A stretch of DNA of 64,000 nt. Source: Heterodontus francisci. Taxonomy: Eukaryota. How positions within the stretch are numbered: position 1 is the stretch's first letter; every line of letters begins with the position of its first letter. This document shows, one piece after another, positions 12,561 through 24,660 of this stretch. The notes under the pieces were generated by a model. It had not been told where the DNA came from. It saw only the letters and a list, made by a program, of their open reading frames with translations, and ran no database searches. The stretch spans positions 50,599,192 through 50,663,191 of the forward strand of contig NC_090384.1 of the NCBI RefSeq assembly GCF_036365525.1, read 5' to 3'. The position numbers were made by a program, and so were the translations under genes.

Positions 12561-13166
12561 TTCTTTTTCTTGTACCTCATCATTAACAATGGATTAACTG
12601 GTTATCCATTTCATTGCTGACTCTGGGATCTGGCTGTAGGCAAAATGGATACAACATTTACTCAACCCGCTTAACAGTGATTGCTCCTTGCTGTCCGTTA
12701 AAGTAGTGCTGGATGTGATAGGACACAACATAAAACATTTCTGTCTTTCTGGGACTTCTAAGCAAGAAACGGTAACTGAATTTATCACAGGCAATGTGCA
12801 AACCTGCAGTAGTGCAAGGTTTGTCATCATTGGAATGTTAATTATCCAAAAACTAATGGCAACTGGGGGAACATTTTAGAATTAATTTGTCTCAGTTACC
12901 AAAGACTAGTTAGCAAAGTATGAAGCCAAGATAACAGCATTCGCTGTAGAATGTAAGAAACTGAATAGTCGGAATAAAAATAAGACAGGATTACATCTCC
13001 AAACTGTTTAAGTAATGGAATTCTTCAGACAAGCAATGTTTGGGTAATTCACTGACTTTATTTTGCTGTCTGTGCACAGTCCTTTGAGAAAATATATGCA
13101 GGAAATGGAATTGACACTAGTATCAACTTAAAGAAAAAGCCTATAATTGCACAAAAATGGGAGGTA

Positions 13167-14430
13167 CAAAGAACAATACAGCACAGGAACAGGCCATTCC
13201 GCCCTCCAAGCCTGCGCCGATTTTGATGCCTGCCTAAACTAAAACCTTCTGCACTTCCGGGATCCGTATCCCTCTATTCCCAGCCTATTCATGTATTTGT
13301 CAAGATGCCTCTTAAACGTCTCTCTGGTACCTGCTTCCACCACCTCCCCCGGCAACAAGTTCCAGGCACTCACCACCCTCTGTGTAAAGAACTTACCTCG
13401 CACATCCCCTCTAAACTTTGCCCCTCTCACCTTCAACCTATGTCCCCTAGTAACTGACTCTTCCACCCTGGGAAAAAGCTTCTGACTATCCACTCTGTCC
13501 ATGCCGCTTATAACTTTGTAAACCTCTATCATGTCGCCCCTCCACCTCCGTTGTTCCAGTGAAAACAATCCGAGTTTTTCCAACCTCTCCTCATAGCTAA
13601 TGCCCTCCAGACCAGGCATCATCCTGGTAAACTTATTCTGTACCCTCTCCAAAGCCTCCATGTCCTTCTGGTAGTGTGGCGACCAGAATTGCACGCAATA
13701 TTCTAAGTGTGGCCTAACTAAAGTTCTGCAGCATGACTTGCCAATTTTTATACTCTATGCCCCGACCGATGAAGGCAAGCATGCCGTATGCCTTCTTGAC
13801 TACCTTATCCACCTGCGTTGCCACTTTCAGTGACCTGTGGACCTGTACACCCAGATCTCTCTGCCTGTCAATGCTCCTAAGGGTTCTGCCATTTACTGTA
13901 TACTTCCCACCTGCATTAGACCTTCCAAAATGCATTACCTCACATTTGTCCAGATTAAACTCCATCTGCCATTGTATCAGTCTGCCATGAGGGACCTTGT
14001 CAAAAGGCTTTACTGAAGTCCATATAGTTAACATCCACTGCCCTTCCTTCATCAATCATCTTCATCACTTCCTCAAAAAACTCAGTCAAATTAGTGAGAC
14101 ACGACCTCCCCTTCACAAAACCATGCTGCCTCTTGCTAATAAGTCCATTTGTTTCCAAATGAGAGTAAATCCTGCACCGAAGAATCCTCTCTAATAATTT
14201 CCCTAACACTGACGTAAGGCTCACCGGCCTATAATTTCCTGGATTATCCTTGCTACCCTTCTTAAACAAAGGAACAACATTGGCTATTCTCCAGTCCTCT
14301 GGGACCTCACCTGTAGCCAATGAGGATGCAAAGATTTCTGTCAAGCCCCCAGCAATTTCTTCCCTTGCCTCCCTCAATATTCTGGGGTAGATCCCATCAG
14401 GTCCTGGGGACTTAGCTACCTTAATGCTTA
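13167..14430 (-). mobile_element. CR1 RT and 3' end with internal deletion
   Basis: ORFs 14000-14377, 13714-14055, 13239-13694; motif KVPHGRLIQ joined directly to WQMEFN. Confidence 0.9.
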
Positions 14431-14447
14431 CCTTACCTTACCTTACC

Positions 14448-14855
14448 AAGGTCAGAAGATTGAACAGAATATAAAAAAACGGCAAAGAATGACTTAAAGA
14501 TTGATAAGGAAGGTAAAATTAGAGCACGAGAGAAAGCTAGCTAGGAATATAAAGACAGATAGTAAGAGTTTCCATAGATATTTTTAAAAAGAGTTAACAA
14601 AGTGAATAGAAAGTGAGCCTGGGGAATTAATAATGGATAATAAGGAGATGGCAGATGAATTGAACAGATATTTTGCATTGGTCTTCACTATTGAGGGTAC
14701 AAGTAACATCCCAGTTTTAGCTGTAAGTCAGGGAATGGAATGGAGGGAGGAACTCAAGAAAATTACAATTACCAAGGAAGTGGTACTGAACAAATTGTTG
14801 GAGCTGCAGGCTGACAAGTCCCCGGGTCCTGATGGACTTCATCCTCGAGTGCTCA
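14448..14855 (+). mobile_element. CR1 ORF2 internal fragment
   Basis: ORF 14633-14893 EMADELNRYF...DKSPGPDGLHPRVL. Confidence 0.8.
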
Positions 14856-16227
14856 GGCAGGTGATTTGCAGCATAGGTTGTTTTCAAACATAACATCTCA
14901 GTGTCCTTTCAGTGAACTGTCAACAACAAAACAAAATCCAGCATCTATGAAATCTTCAGCTTTACAAAATCGAATCTGCTTCCACCATTTAATAGGAGTC
15001 CTCAAACAATTTAACAAAAATTGGAAGCACTTTCATAACGTTACATATTTCCCTGTGATTTCTGTTCAAAGCTTTTACATTTTCCATAACAACTCAATTA
15101 AACCCTGGAGTATTGTTCTGAAAATGTAAAAATGAATGAAAGGTTGATCACCAATAAAAGAGTTTTGTACTCAAGGTGCAAAATATTGTAACTGAATTGT
15201 CAATATTTATTCATTTATGTATCTTGCGTTTTTGGATAGTAAATTCCTTTTATATATGTTTACCAAGGTAAGGCATGAAAGTGCTAGGGACTGGATCACT
15301 TTCCATTTAGGGCATTTAGGTTAGGCATAGCATGGTTAGCTCTGGTGTACAACTCCCTCTACTCTGCCTCAAATAATGTGCCTTAGTTGTAACCTCAGAT
15401 AAACACCCACTTCTGCACCGTTGGCCATTATTTTTAAAGACAGCTTTCTACAGTGGTCTCTATGCCCACTAAAAATTCAACCAGGACTATCCAAACTCAT
15501 TACAAATAGAATCATCAGCACACTGACTGCAGCAGTTCAAGAAAAAAAGCCCACCACCACCTTCTCACTGACAAGTAGGGATCGGCAATAAATGCCGACC
15601 TTGCCTTGAGAGTTTAACAAAGAATATAATTTTGCACCTGTCTAACTTTGATCTTTGCTATAAAGTCATGTGAAATATTAATAATGATGGAACTTTGTAA
15701 TAAAATGTATATGTGAAATATGAAAAAATAAGACGCATGTGAAAATTTCCAGATTTACAGTATTTCTAATATAGAAATGAAACACCTGTAGTGAAAGGTA
15801 ATTATTTATTATGGTGCTACTTAAAATTAATTTCTATTAATTATTTAAAAGATGTCATAAAATATTATATAAGGCACAGAGATAAACCAAACATTTTAAG
15901 TAGAATTTAACTCACAAGTGAGAAGGAAGAAGGAGGCGCTCTGGCTGTAGGATGAATGCTGTATTCAATATATCAATTATCCTTTGACAACACAAAGGTG
16001 AATGAAACAATTCAATGGCATCTCTTTGTAAAATTATCCTAATTATTTTCCTCAACTCTATTCAAAGAAAGGAAAGATAAATAGCATGTTTCAGGGATGA
16101 TAAGTACCTTATTAAATTAAAAGAGAAAATAGCTGTTCGAGCTTATGCTGAAGTAAAAGTTACTTAGTAAATTAACCCATTGAAAGTGCAGCTGTCCCTG
16201 CTGCAATTAGGACAATTAGATCCTTCA

Positions 16228-16380
16228 AACCTGAGATTGATAGATTTTTGTTAGACAAGGCTCTCAAGGGGTAGGGGCAAAAGGCAGGTAAATAGATTTT
16301 AGATCATGATCGAATTGAATGACAGAACAGGTTCCAGGAGATGAATGGCCTACTCCTTGTCCTAATAGTCCTATGTTACT
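16228..16380 (+). mobile_element. CR1 3' tail remnant
   Basis: gagattgatagatttttg...gaatggcctactcc...cctatgtt. Confidence 0.6.
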
Positions 16381-16733
16381 ATGCTGCTTCCACTGTATGC
16401 CTCCAAGCTGGAATGACTGAATTAAGTCAGACTCCCTCCCTAATTTTTTTCTTGCTTCACTTTATCCCTTGAAGGCTTTGGCTTCTTGGAATATGGTTCA
16501 CCAGGTGCAAGCAGCCTTCCAGTAGTTCACTCACAACACTGGATCGTCATGCATGAGCTTAGGCATGTTTGAACAAGAAATCATCATAGTTGAGCCTGAG
16601 CTTCTCTTCACCCAGATGTCTTCACATACATAAAGTTTCTAAATTAGTTCATTTGTGTGGGCTGGAGTTGGTATTGCAAAAATGTTTATTAAGCAGATTT
16701 TTCTATCAAACTGGTATGAAATGGGAAGTACAT

Positions 16734-17835
16734 TGTCATGCTCACAGGAAGCGCAGCAACGGAGATACAAAAATAAACCGAAGATTTATTAAAAAAACAG
16801 AACAATTTAAAAAGACTGGTACATTTGCCTTCAAGAAGATGGAAGACAAAGTCACATACCTTCTCCTGCACTGAAATGCACATTCATGTCTGCTAGAACT
16901 GAACATCATGAACCCTGTCTGCATTGAAATTAAACAACTCATCACACATGGATGTGAGCTATACATAAAGTGAACTAAAACAGAGGCACTAGCAGACACT
17001 CCATCTCAAGCTACGATCACTACAATAAAGTGTGAAACAATCAAAATGGGCCAAAATCAGAAGCTATTGTATAACCCTCAGGAACTGAAAGCCTAAAGTC
17101 ACCTGGACGAAACATACACTTTATGAATTTACCTTTAAAGGTAACCTTTCTGGAGAACAAAAGGAGTCATCAGTCATCAAGTCATCGGTACATCAGTCAG
17201 AGATCCCCAGCCACAGAGAGAACATCGCAAGCCATCTTAAATTCCAGCACAAGGCTGAGTGAGAGAGAGAGAGAGAGAGAGAGATCATTTCCAGCTAAGA
17301 CAGTTGAACCCTGCTGAGATGAGTTGGCATCCAACTACAGCAGAGAAATAAGAGAGTACCTCTTGAACAAATCCTCCACCCGTGAAAATTGAACTAAGAA
17401 ATACCAGCACCATCTTTGAACTGAAGTGTTGACTGCCAGAAGATTTCAACAATCCAACAAGAGCAACTCATCCAGGAAAAATGCCTGAAATTTTAAAAAC
17501 GTACCTTCCACGAGGATCCCACAGGTTTTTCCTGAAAACAGCAGACTTTTACACCTCAAACTCTTAATGCCTCTTACCCTTTACCCTCTATTTATCTTCT
17601 TAAGTGTGCATAGGAGAGTGAATACATGCATGGGTGGTGGTGTGAATATTTTGGGTGATTATTGTTCAATAAATATTCAATCTTTTGTTTTAAACTCATG
17701 AGGAAACCTGTCACTGTCTGTTTATTTGGCCAACAAAACACAGGGGCTGAAACAATAGTTCAACAAAAACACTATCTGTGGTCAGTTGAGAGGTGAAAAG
17801 TGGAAACAACCCACATTTCCCACCTGTCCATGACA
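16734..17835 (+). mobile_element. Solo LTR
   Basis: Perfect 7-bp terminal inverted repeat TGTCATG...CATGACA; TSD ACAT/ACAC (1 mismatch); AATAAA near 17668; 3' part resembles 54240-54465. Confidence 0.75.
17261..17284. repeat. (GA)n microsatellite
   Basis: Direct observation. Confidence 0.9.
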
Positions 17836-18519
17836 ACACCTTCACATGCAAATATAGCCTTGCTTTAATCACGGTTGGAAGAAATTCTGAAATGTGAATC
17901 CATATTTTGGCCATCATCTATTTTCAATTTTTGCGCTGCTGACCATGTAATTATTTCTCATTTTGAGCTGCAGCATTTTGATCTGCCCTGAGGATAAGTA
18001 CTTAACACTGCATGAACTATCTGAGTCTTCATTTTTCATTAAAAAAGATCAAAATGTAAAGACAGAGACATATGTACAGATTCATTCCAAGTCTTGAAGT
18101 TGATTCCAGTAATGACGAAGGATTATATTGGTCACAAAAATTTATTAATCCAGATCAACTTATGTGCTGGGAAATGATGCTGTACAATATTATTAGATCA
18201 AATTCCTCTGTTTACTGTTATAACAGAAATGTTAACCTGCTTATTTTAATTAAGTTCAGAAGATCTGCAAAGGAATTCTCAGATGTAGAGTGCTAAGCTA
18301 AAAATGCATGATGTATATAGAACCATGGTGAAGGCCTTCAAACCTAGTCCTTATCCTATTAGCATGATGAGCACAAGAACAACTAGTAAGTATACTATAC
18401 ACAATGTCGCAAGTTAAAGGTCTTATTCTTTTTTTTATTCATTTGTAGGATGTGGGCGTCGCTGGCTAGGCCAGCATTTGTTGCCTATCCCTAATTGCCC
18501 TTGATAAGGTGGTGGTGAG

Positions 18520-21130
18520 CATACAAATTAGGAGCAGGAGTAGGCCACTCGGCCCTTCGGGCCTGCTCCACCATTCAGTATGCTCATGGCTGAACTGATT
18601 ACTCCACATTTCCACCTACCCCCGATAACCTTCCACCCCCTTGCTTATCAAGAATCTATCTACCTCTGCTTTAAAAATATTCAAAGACTCTGCTTCCACC
18701 ACCTTTTGAGGAAGAGAATTCCAAAGACTCACACCCTCTGAGAGAAAGAATTTCTCCTCATCTCTGTCTTAAATGGGCAACCCCTTATTTTTAAACAGTG
18801 ATCCTAGTTCTAGATTCTCCCACAAGGGGAAACATCCTTTCCACATCCACCCTGTCAAAATCCCTCAGGATCTTATATGTTTCAATCAAGTCACCTCTTA
18901 CTTTTCTAAATTCCAGTGGATACAAGCCTAGCCTGCCCAGTCTTTCCTCATAGGGCAGCCCGCCCTATGCATTTACATCCTTCCTTAAATATGGAGACCA
19001 GTACTGTACACAGTACTCCAGATGTGGTCTCACCAATGCTCTGTATAGCTGAAGCATAACCTCCCTACTTTTGTATTCAATTCCCCTTGCGATAAATGAT
19101 AACATTCTATTAGCTTTCCTAATTACGTGCTGTACTTGCATACTAACCTTTTGTGATTCATGCACTAGGACACCCAGATTCCTCTACATCTTAGAGCTCT
19201 GCAATCTGTCACCATTTAGATAATATGCTTCATTTTTATTCTTCCTGCCAAAATGGACAATTTCCGACTTTCCCACATTATATTCCATTTGCCAGGTCTT
19301 TGCCCACTCACTTCACCTATCTATATCCCTTTGTAGCCTCCTTATGTCCTCTTTACAAATTACTTTCCTACCTATCTTTGTATTATCAGCAAATTTAGCA
19401 ACCATACCTTCGGTTTCTTCATCTAAGTCATTTATATAAATTGCAAAAGGTTGAGGCCCCAGCACAGATCCCTGTGGCACACCACTCATTACATCTTGCC
19501 AACCAGAATCTATGTTTCCTGTTAGCTAACCAATCTTCTATCCATGCCAATATGTTACCCCCTACACCATGACCTTCTATTTTCTGCAATAACCTTTGAT
19601 CTGGCACCTTATCAAATGCCTTCTGGAAATCTAAGTACACTACATCCACTGGTTCCCCTTTACCCACAGCAAATGTAACTCCCTCAAAGAACTCCAATAA
19701 ATTGGTTAAACATAATTTCCCTTTCACAAATCTGTGTTGGCTCTACCTGATTACATTGTATTTTTCTAAATGCCCTGCTATAATGTCTTTAATAATAGCT
19801 TCTAACATATTCCCTAAGACAGACGTTAAGCTAATTAGATAAATGTTCATGCACCTTTAGGCAGTTAACTAAATCTGGCTGATTAATCATTACTAAATCT
19901 AATATGACCTGCCCCCTTATTGGTTCTAGGACTTATTGTTGCAGAAAACTATCCCAATAACACTCAAGAAATTCACTACCTTTCTGACTTGTGCTCATCT
20001 GCTTAACTCCATCTATACGAAAGTTACCCCCCCCCCCACCATTAAAACCACACTGCCTTTGCTACTTGCTTGTCTATTCTCTGCATTTTACAAAGCTACC
20101 ACTTCAAGGTTACTACTGGGGTCTATACACAACTCCTGCTAGTCTTAAATCTTTTTCTATTTCTTAATTCTACCCGTACATTCTCCACTGCCTGTTTATT
20201 TCTCATTAAATCATCTCTTATCATTGAAGTGGTTTCACCCCAATTATCAAGGCTACTTCTCCCCCTCTACCATTTTTCCTATCCTTCCTGTGGGCTTTAT
20301 AACCTAGTATATTTAATTACCAGTCCTGACTATCTTGCAGCCATGTCTCAGTAATGGCTGCAGTGACATACCCTCCAAGTTGAAATAGCGCCAGCAATTC
20401 ATTCAAATTGTTCCTTATACTTAGTGTAATTGTATAAAGAATGCTTATTTGGGCCACAGACCCTAACCTGTCCTTCTGTACTAATACCCACACATTTCCT
20501 ATTTCTCTTTCCTAGTTTAATTACTTTACAACTTTCAGTTTTCTCCTTAACCTGCAGTGTCTAAAGCACAATTTCTCACTGTTATTCTACCCTACTCGCT
20601 TTTGTTTGTCCTTGAACTATTATCTATACCACTTTTTCCATCTGATCCCTCTCCCCTCCCCAATTACTAGTTTAAAGTCATTGTGACCGCCCTGTTTTTC
20701 TTCCCACCAGGAGCCTGATCCCAGCCCAGTTCGGTTGCAGCCTATCCCAACAGTACAGTTTCTTTCTGTCCCAGTACAGGTGCAGTATCCCATGAAATGG
20801 TATCCCTCTTTCCCAAACCACTCCTTCAGTCACATGTTCACCTCCCTAATCTTTTAATCCAGTTTGCAAATGGCTTGGGTAATCATCCAAAATTAAAACC
20901 CTTGAGGTCCTGTCCTTTAATATATCTCCGAGATCCTCATATTCTACAAACAGGACCTTTTGTGTCCTCTTTCCTATGTTGTTGGTTCCAACATGCACCA
21001 CAATGATTGGATCCTCCCCCGCTCTTTCCAATTTCCTTTCAAGCCAGTTTGAGATGTCCCTCATCCTGACACCAGGTAGGTGACAAACCAGGCAAGACTC
21101 TCGATTCTGCTTACAAAGGATTCTACCTAC
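18520..21130 (-). mobile_element. CR1 fragments: RT/3' end (18520-19835) and degenerate ORF1 esterase/5' ORF2 (19850-21130)
   Basis: ORFs 18965-19165, 19428-19727 (DFQKAFDKVP); 20846-21175 with LPGVRMRDI..VVHVGTNNI (SGNH esterase blocks of CR1 ORF1). Confidence 0.85.
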
Positions 21131-21134
21131 CAGG

Positions 21135-21698
21135 TTCCTTGAAGAGGTAGCACTGACACTGGTGTGACAAATCAAATCATCTCCTTCTGTGCTGAAACCT
21201 CTATGATTCTATGGCACAAGCACTCAAAGTTTGTGCAGCTCTCTCCCAGTGTTATTGCTTGGAGTGGCCTATTATCATTAATATCTGAATGGGAAAAGAT
21301 AGGTTAATTTTTCATTTTGTTTAAGTCAAAGAAATGGACTACAATGACACATTTCCTATCACGGTGACACAGACCTGTAGCAGTGGAGCCAGTACTCCAT
21401 AGATTCGTGAACACAGCACCACTTGAATTGGTGGTCAGGTTTAGTTTATGCCAGGAAGACAAGAGATGCACACCTCTGTATCAATCCAAACTCACAGTGA
21501 AGTGTCACATGGCATGAAAAGACTAGGAAAATTGAATTAGATGAGACAAGTTCCATGAAGAGGGAGCACTGGCAGGTGTGGCAGGTCAAATGCCATCCTG
21601 TGCTGAAACCTCTATGATTCTATGGCACAACCACTCAAAGTTTGTGCAGCTCTCTCCCAGACAGTGTTATTGTTTGGGGTGGCTTACTACAACTTAAT
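21135..21698 (+). repeat. Direct repeat pair of ~150 bp (21135-21282, 21551-21698)
   Basis: Core tgtgctgaaacctctatgattctatggcacaa.cactcaaagtttgtgcagctctctcccag nearly identical; flanks diverged. Confidence 0.85.
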
Positions 21699-22671
21699 GC
21701 CTTCCCTGTGCACTGCCATTTAGCTTATATTTGTTGCATTCTATTTAAATCAAAATCTGCAGTTAAAATGATCTCTTTAGTGGTGATAGATTTAAATCAC
21801 AGGGATAAAAGAAGACATTCTGGCACTGTTAGAGCTTTCAACATTGTGAAAATGTTAGGAGTGAGATTGATGATTACAACAGTGAAGACAAATCACATAT
21901 CACATTTACGCTGATCTTAGGAAATAAGTTGGCATTAGTACAAAGTGGATTTCCATGCTTTACACTCCTGCCAACACTTTCACTAGCATTAGTGAATGAA
22001 GGTTTCATTTGAATTCATAACAAGTGGGCTTCACTCCAAATGAGTGAAACATATCAGGTCTGGATACTGTACAGTTGATGTAAGAGTTCTTGCAGACAGT
22101 GCAGAAACCAAAGGTTCAAGTTCCAGTGCCTTGGTTTGGCTGAGAAATACAATACCATCTCACCTCAAAAGCATTTTGTGTTGCTCAGCTAATGGAGTAT
22201 GGCTGGTAGCTATCTGCTAGCAAATTATTGAATACCAACAGCCTCTGCCCGGGAAAATCTATATTGAAACTTTGTTTTGCTGCATAAAATGAACGTGAGT
22301 GAGTTTATGTCCAAACCACGACATTAATTCATCTAGATAATGAATAAATAAGACAATCCTGTCAAAGATAAAATCAGAGTGCAAATCAGAGTGGTGTTGG
22401 GTATGAAACTGGGTGCTGTACAAAAAGAATAGGAGAGACAAGTTTTGAATTTCTACCTGTAAACTAAAAAATCCGATTGGAAAACTTTCATTGAAAAATC
22501 ACAAAACCTTTCATATTCAATAATAAATATAACTATTAATATAGGATCCTTGAGCATGTGGCAGGAAAACTTTGAAGAATTGCTAGAATAAGTGTTGACT
22601 TAGGACACCATAAATATCTGAGAAAGTTATGTAAAGCTGATCTAGAAAAGTTAAATTGTTATTTCTGAAAC

Positions 22672-23582
22672 TCTGGTGTCTAGTAGTCTTGGGTTCTACC
22701 TGCCCAGGTAGGTTTAAATCTCACCATGGTAAGTTGTGCAAATAAATTCAATAGATCTGGTAATTTGTGACTGGCATCAGGAAAACAGCATTGAAAGCTT
22801 CCAGATTGTTATAAATACTTCATTGGTTCCCTAACGTCTTTCAGGGAAGAGAAGCTTCTACCCCTACCTGATCTGACCTACCTGTGACTCAGGCCCTGCA
22901 CTATATGGTTGATTCTTAATGTCTTCTGAAGTGGCCCAGCAAGCTACCCAGTTGCAAACAATCACAATAAAGTTCAATATTATGAAAAAAAATAGACAGA
23001 CCTATCGACAATGACTCAGGCATAATATCAGAATAAGACAAAAGCAATCTCAGCTCAGTCAATCCTGCAAAGCCATCTTTACTAATAGCTGGGGTCTCAT
23101 GACCAGATTGGGAGAGCTATCCCACAGATTGGTCAAGCAACAATTTGACACAGTCAAATCATAGAATCATATCCACCAGTCAACGTCTCAGACTTCTCCT
23201 TCAAGATCTCTGAAAATGTTTTGTCTCACCTTAGGACAGACTCACCAGAAGTGGGTTGCAATGATATACATAGACTCTGGACCCCTGAAATCCCATGACT
23301 TCATGTCAAACAGGGTCATGGAAACTTCCTGCTGATCATCAACTGTCCCTTCCCCCCTTCAACTAATGTATAAGTATTCTTCCATGTTAAAAGTTGCTTG
23401 AATGAAGCTCTGAGGGAAAAAAGAGTACAGAATGTACTCTGGGTGGTGAAATCTTAATGTCCATGACCAACATTGGCTTGGTAGTACCACCATTAACCTA
23501 AGTTGCAGAGTTCTGAAGGACATAGCAGCAAGGCTAGGACTATGTCAGGTGCTGAGGGAAACAACATTAGGAAGTAACCTAC
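22672..23582 (+). mobile_element. Old 5' portion of LINE family B, including tRNA-like head remnant, 5'UTR and APE start
   Basis: B-box remnant GGTTTAAATCTC at 22711; colinear with 34940-35720 (gggagagctatcccacagattggtcaagcaac, aatgtactctgggtgg). Confidence 0.75.
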
Positions 23583-23968
23583 TTTTTTTTATTCTTTCAT
23601 GGGATGTGGGTGCCACTGGCAAGGCCAACATTTGTTGCCCGTCCCTAATTGCCCTTGATAAGTGAATAGCTTGCTCAGCCATTTCAGAGGGCAGTTAAGA
23701 GTCAACCGCCTTGCTGTGGGTCTGGAGTCACATATAGGCCAGACCAGTTAAGGACGGCAGATTTCCTTTCCTAAAGGACATTCGTGAACCAGAAGCGTTT
23801 TTATGACAATCGCTGATAGTTTCATCGCACCATTACGAGCTTTCAATTCCAGATTTTTATTAATTAATTGAATTTATTAATTGAAGTTAAATTCCACCAG
23901 CTGCTGTGGTGGGATTTTCACCTGTGTCCCTGGGCATGGGCCTCTGGATTACTTGTTAGGTAACATTA
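23583..23968 (-). mobile_element. Second copy of the family-B-related tRNA SINE
   Basis: Same body-to-tail junction as 7855-8226; A-rich tail at 23583-23592. Confidence 0.8.
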
Positions 23969-24255
23969 TTAGGGGTCGCCCTTTTAGAACAGAGCTGATG
24001 AGAATTTGTTTTTCTCAGAGGGTTGTGCGACTTTGGAATTCTCTGCCTCAGAAGGTGGTGGAGGCAGGGTCGTTGAATATTTTCAAGCTGGAGGTAGATA
24101 GATTCTTGCTAGGCAAGGGAATCAAAGGTTATCGGGGGTATATGGGAGTGTGGAATTTGAGACAAAAACAAATCAGCCATGATCTTATTGAATGGCAGAG
24201 CAGGCTTGAGGGGCCAAATATTCGACTCCTGCTCCTAATTCGTATGTTCGTATGT
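23969..24255 (+). mobile_element. CR1 3' end
   Basis: RGRPFRTELMRICFSQRVVRLWNSLPQ; tail ctcctaattcgtatgttcgtatg. Confidence 0.85.
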
Positions 24256-24317
24256 ACCACTACGCCACCATCTCCCCACTTGATTTAGTATACACACCCT
24301 CCCCTAAAATATATAGG

Positions 24318-24660
24318 ATCAGCCAAGGCTCAGCTGGTAGCAATCTCACTTCTGAGTCACAAATCCCACTCCAGCACTTGAGCAAAAACACAAGGCACAC
24401 TCCAGTGCAGTACTGAGGGAATGCTTCTACTATCGGAAGTGCTGTATTTCAGATGAGATGTTAAACTGAGGTCCCATCTGCCCTGTCAGGTAGATGTAAA
24501 AGATTCCATGGTCCTATTTCAAAGAAGAGCAGGTGAGCTCTTCACAGTGTTCTGACCAATATTTCTCCCTCAATCAGCATCAGAAAAACAGATTATCTGG
24601 CCATTATCAAATTGCTGTTTGTGGGAGATTGCAAATTGGCTGGTGTATTTCCTACATTAT
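24318..24660 (+). mobile_element. Deu-domain SINE, truncated by the Gypsy LTR
   Basis: Similar to 12119-12480; similarity ends at the TG start of the LTR at 24661. Confidence 0.72.

Noticed and set aside
14427-14448. (CCTTA)n run as telomere-like or CRISPR-like repeat
   Set aside because: Only about four units at a junction between two CR1 fragments; not TTAGGG and no spacers. No CRISPR array was seen anywhere in the window.
15916-15958. Possible minus-strand micro-exon ending in GTGAGT
   Set aside because: Acceptors are weak; lengths of 29 or 43 nt are not frame-preserving; such matches are expected by chance.
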